Origin: Candidatus Egerieicola pullicola
GTDB taxonomy: Bacteria; Bacillota; Clostridia; Oscillospirales; Ruminococcaceae
NCBI GenBank assembly: GCA_018712465.1
Contig: DVGY01000078.1
Coordinates: 1 to 36,816, forward strand
Length of the DNA stretch: 36,816 bases
Reading direction: 5' to 3'
Positions 8,184-18,585 of this stretch are shown here, piece by piece (the first letter of the stretch is position 1; every line of letters starts with the position of its first letter). The notes beneath the pieces were generated by a model. That model searched no databases. It was not told the origin of the DNA and saw only the letters and a list, made by a program, of their open reading frames with translations. The position numbers and the translations under genes were made by a program.

Positions 8184-9248
8184 TTATTCGTCGTCCCCAT
8201 ATTTCTGGCGCATCCGTTCCCGAGCCGCTTTGATCTTATCGGCCTGAGTCAAGTCCTCCAGATGCTCGTTGTCATAAGGTCCATGGGGTTTCTTCACCGT
8301 GTACTTTTCCTTTAATTCCAGCGCTTCTTCCACCCGGCTCTTTTTGCCGCTGGCTTTGCGCTTGGCTTTTTTCGCTTCTGCCTGCGCTTTTACCTTTTCC
8401 GGAGGATACAGCTTTTTCACCAGCACCGACTGGCCGAAGCTACAGAAGTTGCTGATCATCCAGTACAAAGCCACGCCTACCGGCAACCAGAACGCAAATA
8501 CGACAGAAAGCAGGGGCATCAGGTACATAGTAACCTTCATACAGCCCTGACCGGACTTTTGATCTCCGGTGGCAGCCATCTGAGTGGGATTCATCTTCAT
8601 GCTGATGAAGGTCACCAGGAAGCTGGAAAGACCGGCAATAAAAGGAATGAGCACATACCAGTTCCAACCAAATTCCGGAATCCGTCCCAGGTTTAAGAAG
8701 CCCAGGAAGTTCATGTTAAATTCCTGAATGGACTGCACCGCTTCGGTTCCCCAGCCGCCAAAATAACCTACCAAGGTATCCGCCAAGCCGTGGGCATTGG
8801 TTTGGATTTCCTGAATAATGGAAATCTGAGGAGCGTTGGTCTGGAATTGAGACTGAATAAAGGTTCCCGCTTCATTGATGGCATTGCTGTCCAACCCCAA
8901 AATATGAACCAAGGGGTTATAGATCACGCCGATGATACCAAACAGCACCACCATGGTAATCAGCATGGGCAGGCAGCTGCTCATAGGATTGTAGTGTTCT
9001 TGATCGTACAACCGCTGCAGCTCGATGTTCAGCTTTTCCTTGTTGTTTTTGTACTTTTCCTGGATGGCCTTCTGCTTTTTCATCACATCGCCGCTGACTG
9101 CCATGTTTTTCTGCTGCTTGACCTGCAGCGGGAACATGCACAGACGAACCACAATGGTAAAGATGATAATACACCAGCCGAAATCCGGGATCAGCATATA
9201 CATGTATTTCATCAGCCAGCCAAAGGGAGTTGCGATAAAATCAAACAT
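8184..9248 (-). CDS. yidC: membrane protein insertase YidC/SpoIIIJ family
   Basis: 354 aa and polytopic, with the conserved RLxxxPLxxKQ segment near the N-terminus and a lysine-rich C-terminal tail. AAGGAGAG RBS. Conserved rnpA-yidD-yidC-jag order. Confidence 0.9.
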   Translation of the reverse strand: MFDFIATPFGWLMKYMYMLIPDFGWCIIIFTIVVRLCMFPLQVKQQKNMAVSGDVMKKQKAIQEKYKNNKEKLNIELQRLYDQEHYNPMSSCLPMLITMVVLFGIIGVIYNPLVHILGLDSNAINEAGTFIQSQFQTNAPQISIIQEIQTNAHGLADTLVGYFGGWGTEAVQSIQEFNMNFLGFLNLGRIPEFGWNWYVLIPFIAGLSSFLVTFISMKMNPTQMAATGDQKSGQGCMKVTMYLMPLLSVVFAFWLPVGVALYWMISNFCSFGQSVLVKKLYPPEKVKAQAEAKKAKRKASGKKSRVEEALELKEKYTVKKPHGPYDNEHLEDLTQADKIKAARERMRQKYGDDE

Positions 9249-9280
9249 AGAATCTCTCCTTTATCGAAGATGTGTGTTGC

Positions 9281-9571
9281 TTACCGTGAATCTTCGTCTT
9301 CCGGAAGATCCCGAGGAGTAGTGACATAGGGACGAAATTTGCGATAGAAAAAGGAAAACTTGTCCGGCGGATAATCAAAACCACCTAGGTGAAAGGGATT
9401 GCAGCGTAAAATCCGCCGCAGTGCCAAATAACTGCCTCGGAACACTCCAAACTTTTGCAGCACCTGCACTGCATAAGAAGAACAGGTAGGATAGAACCGG
9501 CAGCAAGGAGGCTTGAGGGGAGAGATAAATTTTTGATAGCCTCGAACCAGCCAGATAAAGAGCTGTTTCAT
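9281..9571 (-). CDS. yidD: membrane protein insertion efficiency factor YidD
   Basis: [25 protein letters not shown]...[17 protein letters not shown] is the YidD signature. The ATG at 9571 overlaps the rnpA stop (ATGA). The track ORF start at 9763 runs through rnpA and is rejected. Confidence 0.88.
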   Translation of the reverse strand: MKQLFIWLVRGYQKFISPLKPPCCRFYPTCSSYAVQVLQKFGVFRGSYLALRRILRCNPFHLGGFDYPPDKFSFFYRKFRPYVTTPRDLPEDEDSR

Positions 9572-9924
9572 TTTTTCTTTCCATTCTTGTTTTTCAAGAG
9601 CCACTGAATTTGCTTTTTCATCACCACAGCCAATTGAGTGGACTTCATCTCCAAAATAGGAGTCCGAGCCAAAAACACCAGGTCGTATCCCTTTAATTGA
9701 GGAAACTCTTCCCGGATGGAAACCCAAGCTGCACGGATAATTCGCCGTGCCCGGCTGCGGCAACAGGCATTTCCCACCTTTTTCCCGGTGGTGATTCCCA
9801 CACGGGTTACACCGGTGCGGTTTTTCACCAGATAGGTTACCAGCGCCGGCCCGGAACGAAATTTGCCCTGAAAATAGGCTCTTTTAAATTCTTTATTCAA
9901 TCGCAAAGAAATCAGATTTCTCAT
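9568..9924 (-). CDS. rnpA: ribonuclease P protein component
   Basis: 118 aa and basic, containing [24 protein letters not shown] (RNR motif region). Located directly after rpmH. Confidence 0.9.
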   Translation of the reverse strand: MRNLISLRLNKEFKRAYFQGKFRSGPALVTYLVKNRTGVTRVGITTGKKVGNACCRSRARRIIRAAWVSIREEFPQLKGYDLVFLARTPILEMKSTQLAVVMKKQIQWLLKNKNGKKK

Positions 9925-10021
9925 GTTTCACCCTTTTAAACGAAAAAGACCTCTCTTCCCAAGCAACACTGCCCGGAAAGGGTGGTCTTTATCCTCGGTT
10001 ATGTTCTGGAAACAAAGAGCA

Positions 10022-10156
10022 TTAGTAGGTCAGCCTCTTGCGGCCCTTGGCGCGCCGTCTGGCCAGAACCTTTCTTCCGTTCTTGGTAGCCATTCTTTTC
10101 CGAAATCCGTGTTCTTTCTTCCGATGAAGCTTTTTGGGCTGATAGGTTCTTTTCAT
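10022..10156 (-). CDS. rpmH: 50S ribosomal protein L34
   Basis: Own translation of the minus strand gives [44 protein letters not shown] (44 aa, canonical L34). GGAGG RBS. The track ORF 9999..10190 is in a different frame and is rejected. Confidence 0.95.
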   Translation of the reverse strand: MKRTYQPKKLHRKKEHGFRKRMATKNGRKVLARRRAKGRKRLTY

Positions 10157-10216
10157 GGATCGTGCTCCTCCTTCCCACGCATAGGCTCATTTGCCTTTTC
10201 GGTGATTTACCTAAAG

Positions 10217-10246
10217 AGTATACCGGAAACAGTAGGTAAAAGTCAA
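10217..10246 (-). promoter_or_regulatory. candidate sigma-A promoter for the rpmH-rnpA-yidD-yidC-jag operon
   Basis: The minus strand reads TTGACT-18 nt-TATACT, about 60 nt upstream of the rpmH ATG. Confidence 0.5.
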
Positions 10247-10371
10247 CCCCTAATTTTCATTTTTTATCTACATATTGTATTTTGCGAAAAACCATTTACT
10301 GTTTGTAATGGATTTCTTGAAAAAAATGCCTTTTCTTCCAAAGAGTTTGCGCAGAAATCCGGACAAAAGCG

Positions 10372-10400
10372 TTGCGGAACCGGCGAAGTTGTGGTACAAT
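10372..10400 (+). promoter_or_regulatory. candidate dnaA promoter (extended -10)
   Basis: TTGCGG-17 nt-TACAAT with TG at -15/-14 (TGgTACAAT). It lies upstream of the box cluster and of dnaA. Confidence 0.45.
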
Positions 10401-10483
10401 TTATGTTGCGTAATCATCGGATTTTTTGAGGACACTGTATGGAACAGCTTTTTTCGCAAAACCCAAAACGGACAAAATCCGAT

Positions 10484-10553
10484 TTTTCAACAGGATTTCA
10501 ACGGTGTTTTCCACCAAATAATTGAGTTTTCAACCATAGGAGGTTTTTCAACA
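10484..10553 (+). promoter_or_regulatory. cluster of four same-strand DnaA-box-like 9-mers upstream of, and overlapping, the dnaA start
   Basis: TTTTCAACA at 10484, TTTTCCACC at 10507, TTTTCAACC at 10527, and TTTTCAACA at 10545 (its last A is the A of the dnaA ATG). For comparison, the consensus is TTATCCACA. Confidence 0.6.
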
Positions 10554-11968
10554 TGGATTCATTTTCCGAGGTGTTCAATCTTGTTAAAGAACGCTGCAAG
10601 ACAATGATGAGCGACACGGCCTACACCTGTTGGATCAAGCCCATTCAGCCCATTGAACTGAATGAGGATACCGTCTATCTTTACGTCCCCAACAGCTTTC
10701 AAAAAAGCCTCCTGGAACGGCAGTATGACGCAAAGTTAAAAGACTGCTTCAAGGAAGTATTGGGTTTTGATGTAAACATTGTCATTCAAACAGAAGGCGA
10801 CACGCCTCAAAAACCAAAACAGCCGGCAGCTCCGGCGGCTTCCACCCCTGCAGCCGAGCCGGCAAAGCCAGAACAAAAAGCGGCTGAATCTGCTTCGGTG
10901 AAAAAAGAAGGAAACGAAGAAAATCTGCGCGGCGATTTCAACGACGGCAACTACGATTATACCTTTGAAACCTTTATCGTAGGGCCCTCCAATGATTTCA
11001 CCTATGCTGCCTGCAAGGCTGTGGCCCAAAACACCGATAACTCCTATAATCCGCTGTTTATCCACGGCCCTTCCGGTTTGGGCAAAACCCATTTGCTCTG
11101 CGCCATTCGGCATGAAATTTTAAAGAATCATCCCAATACAAAAATCATCTACACCAACTGTGAAACCTTCACCAATGAGATGATTTCGTCCATCGGCAAC
11201 AAAACCAAGATGGACCAATTCCACAACAAATACCGCACTGCCGATGTGCTGCTTATCGACGATATTCAATTCCTGGCCGGCAAGGAAAGCACGCAGGAAG
11301 AGTTTTTCCATACCTTTAATGAGCTCCATCAGGCAGGAAAACAGATTGTTTTGACTTCAGACCGTCCTCCCAAAGACATTGCCACCCTTTCTGCCCGTCT
11401 CCAAAGCCGGTTTGAAAGCGGTTTGATTACCGATGTTTCCCTTCCGAATTTTGAAACCAGATTGGCGATTATTAAAAGGAAGGCAGAGCTGCTAAACATC
11501 ACCATTCCCAATGATGTAGCAGAGTACATTGCAAACAAACTGCGCAACAACATCCGGCAGTTAGAAGGGGTAGTCAAAAAGATCAAGGCATACAAACTCC
11601 TGACCGGATCCAATCCTTCCATTGGAGTGGCTCAAAATGCCATCAAGGAAATTTTAAACGACAACCAACCGGTACCGGTAACGGTAGAGCGGATTGTAGA
11701 AGAAGTGTCCAAAACCTATTCCGTCAGCCCGGATGATATCCGTTCTTACAAAAAAACCGCCAACATTTCCATTGCCCGACAAATTGCCATCTACGTGATT
11801 CGGGAAATCACCCAGATGAGCCAGGAAGCCATTGGGGCAGAATTTAATGGAAGAAACCACGCTACCATTGCTTATACGATTAAAAAGATGGAAGAGATTT
11901 TGGAAAAGGATCCCAAGACCAAAGCCGTGGTCAATGATATTATTAAAAATATCAGGAACAATGGATGA
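10553..11968 (+). CDS. dnaA: chromosomal replication initiator protein DnaA
   Basis: 471 aa with Walker A GPSGLGKTHL, Walker B LLIDDIQFL, VLTSDRPP, RFESGLITD, and a domain IV HTH. AGGAGG RBS. The domain II linker is proline/alanine-rich. Confidence 0.96.
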   Translation: MDSFSEVFNLVKERCKTMMSDTAYTCWIKPIQPIELNEDTVYLYVPNSFQKSLLERQYDAKLKDCFKEVLGFDVNIVIQTEGDTPQKPKQPAAPAASTPAAEPAKPEQKAAESASVKKEGNEENLRGDFNDGNYDYTFETFIVGPSNDFTYAACKAVAQNTDNSYNPLFIHGPSGLGKTHLLCAIRHEILKNHPNTKIIYTNCETFTNEMISSIGNKTKMDQFHNKYRTADVLLIDDIQFLAGKESTQEEFFHTFNELHQAGKQIVLTSDRPPKDIATLSARLQSRFESGLITDVSLPNFETRLAIIKRKAELLNITIPNDVAEYIANKLRNNIRQLEGVVKKIKAYKLLTGSNPSIGVAQNAIKEILNDNQPVPVTVERIVEEVSKTYSVSPDDIRSYKKTANISIARQIAIYVIREITQMSQEAIGAEFNGRNHATIAYTIKKMEEILEKDPKTKAVVNDIIKNIRNNG

Positions 11969-12077
11969 GAAATGCTTTGATGCAGCTTTTTAAAAAGAGT
12001 GAAAGGTGAAATTTCAAACGGCTATAGCAGAAACCTTGTCCCCTACCCCACCTATTGAAAAGGCAAATTCAGCTTTT

Positions 12078-12460
12078 AGTTTTCAACATTCCATTGTTAA
12101 TAGAGTGGAAAAACCGTTGTCGTCACATCATTCAACAAGTTTTTGTCAACAACTTTCCCGAATTCTGTTTTTGACCTGTTGACAATCGAAGTTCTGCCGG
12201 CAGATTTTTTTCGACAAATATTTTACAAGTTGACAAACTTTTATCTACCCCACTCAACAGCAACAACTGGAGAAAATCCCATTGTTTTTATTTCACCAAA
12301 AAGTCAACGTCCCATTCAAATCGGACAAACTGGATTTTTCCTAGGAAATTCCTGGGGTTTTTGGAGTTTTCAACCGTTTTGACAACACCTATTACGACGA
12401 CTATTATATTTCTTTATTTTTATTCTATTTATACATATTATAAAATACCGGACAAAATAG
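12078..12460. other. oriC core in the dnaA-dnaN spacer: box cluster, candidate DnaA-trios, AT-rich DNA unwinding element
   Basis: Box-like sites: 12080 (+, TTTTCAACA), 12104 (-, TTTTCCACT), 12143 (+, TTGTCAACA), 12177 (-, TTGTCAACA), 12228 (-, TTGTCAACT), 12367 (+, TTTTCAACC). Then TAT TAC GAC GAC TAT TAT at 12390-12407. Then a nearly pure A/T tract at 12402-12447. The position matches Bacillus-type oriC. Confidence 0.7.
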
Positions 12461-12495
12461 GAAAAAACTCCGGTAACAGAAAGGGAGTTATCAAC

Positions 12496-13611
12496 TTGAA
12501 ATTTTCCTGTCAAAAATCAGTTCTCAATGAAACCATTGCGAACGTCGGACTGGCAGTGGCCAGTCATTCCACTATCGCAGCATTAGAAGGAATTTTGATG
12601 GAATGCAGTGCCGACCAAGTGAAACTCACCGGTTATAGTTTGGATTTCGGCATTCTAAAATCCATTCCAGTTATGAATGCGCAACCAGGACGGATCGTTT
12701 TATCCGCTGGACTTTTGTCCAGCATTGTAGGTAAAATGCCAGATGGAGTCATCACATTAGAAAGCGATGACAAATGGATGGTAACCATCAGCTGTCAGGA
12801 CGCTAGTTTTACTGTGTTGGGAATGGATCCGGCTGATTATCCGGAGATCCCTACCGTCAACGATCAGGATAGTATGGAACTTCCTGCCGATACCTTAAAA
12901 GATATTTTGGAACAAACTTTATTTGCCGTTTCCAAAAACGATAGTTATCCCATTTTAACCGGTGTGTTGTTTGAAGCCAATGACAATCAACTCAATGTTG
13001 TCAGCGTAGATAACATTCGTTTAGCGCTTCGGAAAGAAACCATTGCTTACAGCGGAAGTTGCAAATTTGTAGTACCAGGAAAATCTTTAAGTGAATTGCT
13101 GGTGTTGTTAAATAAGAACTTTGCCCAAGAAGAGGACAAAACCGTTTCCCTGCGGTTTACTCAGCGGCACATTATCTTTTCCATTGGGGGCTATCAGGTG
13201 ATCTCCCGACTGTTGGAAGGAGATTTTCTGGATTACCAGCGCACAATTCCCACCACCTTTAAAACCCAGGTGACGGTGAAGGTGAAGGATTTTATGGATT
13301 CTATCAACCGTGCTTCCATCATCATCCACAACTCCAATGTGATTAGCCCGGTGAAATGCTCTTTTGAGCCGGACAAAATCGAGTTGACCTGCGAATCCAG
13401 TCTGGGCAAGGTAAAGGATAGCCTGCCAGCGGAAATGGAAGGAGATCCCTTGAAGGTGGGCTTTAACAACCGCTATATGCTGGATGCTTTGAAGGCCAGC
13501 AAATGCGATCAAGTACTGCTGAAGATGGGCAGTGATTTCAATCCCATTTTGATTACCCCCACTCAGGGAGACAGTTTCTTGTTCTTGGTTCTCCCCATTC
13601 TGCTTTCGTAA
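12496..13611 (+). CDS. dnaN: DNA polymerase III beta sliding clamp
   Basis: (M)KFSCQKSVLNETIANV... is a typical DnaN N-terminus, and the length of 371 aa is typical. TTG start at 12496 with an AAGGGAG RBS 8 nt upstream. The track start 12361 would translate the AT-rich DUE and is rejected. Confidence 0.92.
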   Translation: MKFSCQKSVLNETIANVGLAVASHSTIAALEGILMECSADQVKLTGYSLDFGILKSIPVMNAQPGRIVLSAGLLSSIVGKMPDGVITLESDDKWMVTISCQDASFTVLGMDPADYPEIPTVNDQDSMELPADTLKDILEQTLFAVSKNDSYPILTGVLFEANDNQLNVVSVDNIRLALRKETIAYSGSCKFVVPGKSLSELLVLLNKNFAQEEDKTVSLRFTQRHIIFSIGGYQVISRLLEGDFLDYQRTIPTTFKTQVTVKVKDFMDSINRASIIIHNSNVISPVKCSFEPDKIELTCESSLGKVKDSLPAEMEGDPLKVGFNNRYMLDALKASKCDQVLLKMGSDFNPILITPTQGDSFLFLVLPILLS

Positions 13612-13623
13612 GGAGGAAATGGT

Positions 13624-13860
13624 TTGGAACGCCATACCTTTCAGATCCATACCCCTTTTATTAAACTGGATCAATTTTTAAAATTTACCGGCTTGGCGGA
13701 AACAGGGGGCCACGCCAAGGAAATCGTGGAGCAGGGCATTGTGCTGGTCAATGGCGAGCCCTGCACCATGCGAGGCAAAAAGCTGTATCCTGGGGACCAG
13801 GTGCAGGTGGACGACTATCTGCTTTTGGTGGAAGGACAGCAGCCGGGAAAGGATCGGTAA
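13624..13860 (+). CDS. yaaA: S4 domain RNA-binding protein YaaA
   Basis: 78 aa: IKLDQFLKFTGLAETGGHAKEIVEQGIVLVNGEPCTMRGKKLYPGD (S4 fold signature). TTG start 7 nt after AGGAGG. Conserved dnaN-yaaA-recF position. Confidence 0.85.
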   Translation: MERHTFQIHTPFIKLDQFLKFTGLAETGGHAKEIVEQGIVLVNGEPCTMRGKKLYPGDQVQVDDYLLLVEGQQPGKDR

Positions 13861-15004
13861 AGGGTGCAGGTCACAGGGCTGAAAGTCAGTCAATTTCGCA
13901 ATATCCAAAATTTGGAGCTACATCCCTGCCCCGGGGTCAACGTGATTTACGGAGAGAACGGTCAGGGAAAAAGCAATTTGCTGGAAGCAATCTGGTTATT
14001 TACCGGTGCGGGAAGTTTTCGTCAGTCTAAGCTCCATGAAATGATTCGGATCGGGGAATCCGCTTCGGTGCTGGAGATGAAGTTTGCCGACGCCCAACGG
14101 GAGCAGACCGGTTGGATGAAGTTGTCCGGCCGGAAAGAGGTTCAGTTTAACCGCATCCCCTGCCGCAGCCAAAGCGAAACTGCCGGACATTTTTATGGAG
14201 TGGTGTTTTCCCCTTCTGATCTGGATTTGATCCAGGGAGGACCCAAATACCGCCGCCAGTTTTGTGACGACGCCATTTCTCAGCTTCGGCCTCAGTATGC
14301 GGAATATCTGGATGGGTACCGAAAGGTGCTGGATCAGCGAAATTCTTTGCTGAAAGAAATTCTGCGACAGCCTTCCCTGCAAGAAACCCTGTTTTTGTGG
14401 GACGAGCAGTTAGCCCGGCTGGGCACGATTATCAGCTTATACCGCAAGGATTATCTCCATAAGTTAAACCGATTCTGTCAGCCGCTGTACCAAGGACTTA
14501 GCGGCGGCAAGGAAAGTTTTTCTTTGCGTTATCAGTCCAGTGCCTTTGAGGATTTGGAGCAGCTGGGAGGTTACACTCCCGAAACGGTGGAAGCTTATCA
14601 GCAGAAGCTTTCTGCCGGGCTGGAAACAGATCTGCGCCAAGGCTCTACTTCGGTGGGAATCCACCGGGATGATTTGGAAATCCAGGTCAACGGGCTGTCG
14701 GTGCGGGTATATGGCAGTCAGGGCCAGCAGCGCAGCAGTGTGTTGGCCATGAAGTTTGGAGAGGCATCCATGATTCGACGGATTACCGGAGAACAGCCAG
14801 TGCTGCTGCTGGACGATGTGATGAGTGAGTTGGATGCGGGGCGGCAGGCGTATATCTTAAACCACATCAAGGACACTCAGGTATTTCTCACCTGCTGCGA
14901 TCCTGCAGGGCCGCTGCGGATGAAGGAAGGAAAGTCCTTTCACATTCAAAACGGCGCTTTAATTTACCAGGAACAGCGAACGTCAAACGGAGAGGAAAAA
15001 GAGG

Positions 15005-17229
<2,225 letters not shown>

Positions 17230-17240
17230 GGTTTGTGGTT

Positions 17241-18059
17241 ATGAAAAAGAAAGCAAAAAGCCAGGAGGAACAGATCCTGGACGAAATGGAAGCGGTTCAA
17301 AAGTCCTACGATGAAGTCAACGAGGCTTTGAACCAAGAGGCGGAAACGAAAGAAGCAGCTCCTTCTACTTCAGAAGAAAGAGAGCCGACCCCAGAAGAAA
17401 TTCAAGCTGGCGGTATGCTCAATGAGGATCCCTCTCCCGATGCCGCAGATCAGGGCATTGTGGCAGATAACTATAAGGACACTCCGAAGTTGAAGGTGGA
17501 TGCTCAACAGGATGCCCAGGAAGATCACGGGGACGGAATCCATCTCCAATATGGGTTTACCGGAGAGGAAGCCAAGGAAGCATTGAAAATCTTCCAGAAG
17601 TATACCATTCGCAAGCGGTATTTGATTTATTTCTTGATTTTGGCAGTGCTGCTGATCTTTTATCTCTACAACATCATTTTCCAAAACGGCAGTCAGGTAA
17701 GTATGTTTATTGCAGTGGTCTGTATTGCGGTGATGTGCTTTATTGTTTATCTGCCCCACAGTCACATCAAGCACACCGTTTCCGCCATCGACGCCAACCC
17801 TTATACGGAAGATTACGAGATGACGGTATACCAGGACGGCATTCGCATGGGCAGCGGAGAAAACGCCAATTTTGTACCCTATGGCAAGAAAAATTTCCGC
17901 TGTTGGGAAACGGAAGATTTGTTTATCATCGGGCATGAAAAACAAAGAGTGTTTATTCTACCGAAGCGCTGCTGCCCTGAGGAAGTGATGGAGCCCCTCA
18001 TTCAGCGGATGAAAGAAGGGTTTGGAGAAGCCTATCAGGAAGTGACTGGGAAAAAGTAA
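17241..18059 (+). CDS. YcxB-like membrane protein with acidic N-terminal region
   Basis: About 120 aa acidic or disordered N-terminus, then two TM helices (YLIYFLILAVLLIFYLYNIIF and VSMFIAVVCIAVMCFIVYL), then a C-terminal domain ending in ...VFILPKRCC, which resembles the YcxB family (from memory). The ATG at 17241 is preferred to the track alternative start at 17226. Confidence 0.6.
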   Translation: MKKKAKSQEEQILDEMEAVQKSYDEVNEALNQEAETKEAAPSTSEEREPTPEEIQAGGMLNEDPSPDAADQGIVADNYKDTPKLKVDAQQDAQEDHGDGIHLQYGFTGEEAKEALKIFQKYTIRKRYLIYFLILAVLLIFYLYNIIFQNGSQVSMFIAVVCIAVMCFIVYLPHSHIKHTVSAIDANPYTEDYEMTVYQDGIRMGSGENANFVPYGKKNFRCWETEDLFIIGHEKQRVFILPKRCCPEEVMEPLIQRMKEGFGEAYQEVTGKK

Positions 18060-18071
18060 GGAGGAGGGCCC

Positions 18072-18581
18072 GTGGAATTTACCTATTCCTTGACCCGAGA
18101 ACAGATGAAAATAGGGTTGCAGTATTATCTGCTGTGGCGTTTTTTCGGGCTGCGGGTGGCATATTCCCTGCTGGCAGTGTTGCTGGCGGCGGGAAGTTGT
18201 TTTTACGGGCTGTGGTCCTCTCATTTGCCTTTTTTGGTGGCATCTGGATTTTTGCTTTTGACCATCCTGCTGCTTTGGTTGATGCCCTTTTCGGTGCAGA
18301 ATGACTTCTCCCTGCCCCAACAAGAAACGGTACGTTTTTTATCCAGAGGGATGAAGCTCAATGGACGGGCCAGGCTGATCTCTTATAAGCGGTACATTAA
18401 ATTTGCCCTGGAAAAAAAGGGGCTGCTGATTTTAGGAGGAAAGCACTCTACTCTGATTGTGATTCCCTGTGAGGTATTGGGGGAGCAGCTGGAACCCATC
18501 AAACAACAGCTGAAAAAGAATGGGGTTCGTTGTCATTGGAGCAAGGAAATTCCTTCCCGGACAGAAGATAGTTTGAGGTGA
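18072..18581 (+). CDS. YcxB-like membrane protein (paralogue of the preceding gene)
   Basis: 169 aa. GTG start after GGAGGAGGG. Two TM helices, then a C-terminal domain with ...[11 protein letters not shown]. The architecture matches the upstream gene. Confidence 0.6.
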   Translation: MEFTYSLTREQMKIGLQYYLLWRFFGLRVAYSLLAVLLAAGSCFYGLWSSHLPFLVASGFLLLTILLLWLMPFSVQNDFSLPQQETVRFLSRGMKLNGRARLISYKRYIKFALEKKGLLILGGKHSTLIVIPCEVLGEQLEPIKQQLKKNGVRCHWSKEIPSRTEDSLR

Positions 18582-18585
18582 AGAT

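Noticed and set aside
7021-8247. Plus-strand ORFs 7021..7722 and 7723..8247
   Set aside because: They are antisense to mnmE and jag and have no independent support.
9950-9996. Possible hairpin between rpmH and rnpA (AAAGACC ... GGTCTTT)
   Set aside because: The 7-bp stem encloses a loop of over 30 nt and has no U-tract. rpmH and rnpA are normally co-transcribed.
12210-12216. Perfect Spo0A 0A-box (TGTCGAA on the minus strand) in the oriC spacer, and another at 21431..21437 (+)
   Set aside because: A 7-mer is expected about 4-5 times by chance in 2 x 36.8 kb. Two isolated copies cannot be distinguished from chance without knowing whether the organism sporulates or has Spo0A.
12361-12495. N-terminal 45-codon extension of the dnaN ORF in the track
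   Set aside because: It would translate the AT-rich unwinding element (IIFLYFYSIYTYYK...). A TTG start with an AAGGGAG RBS at 12496 gives a canonical DnaN N-terminus and length.
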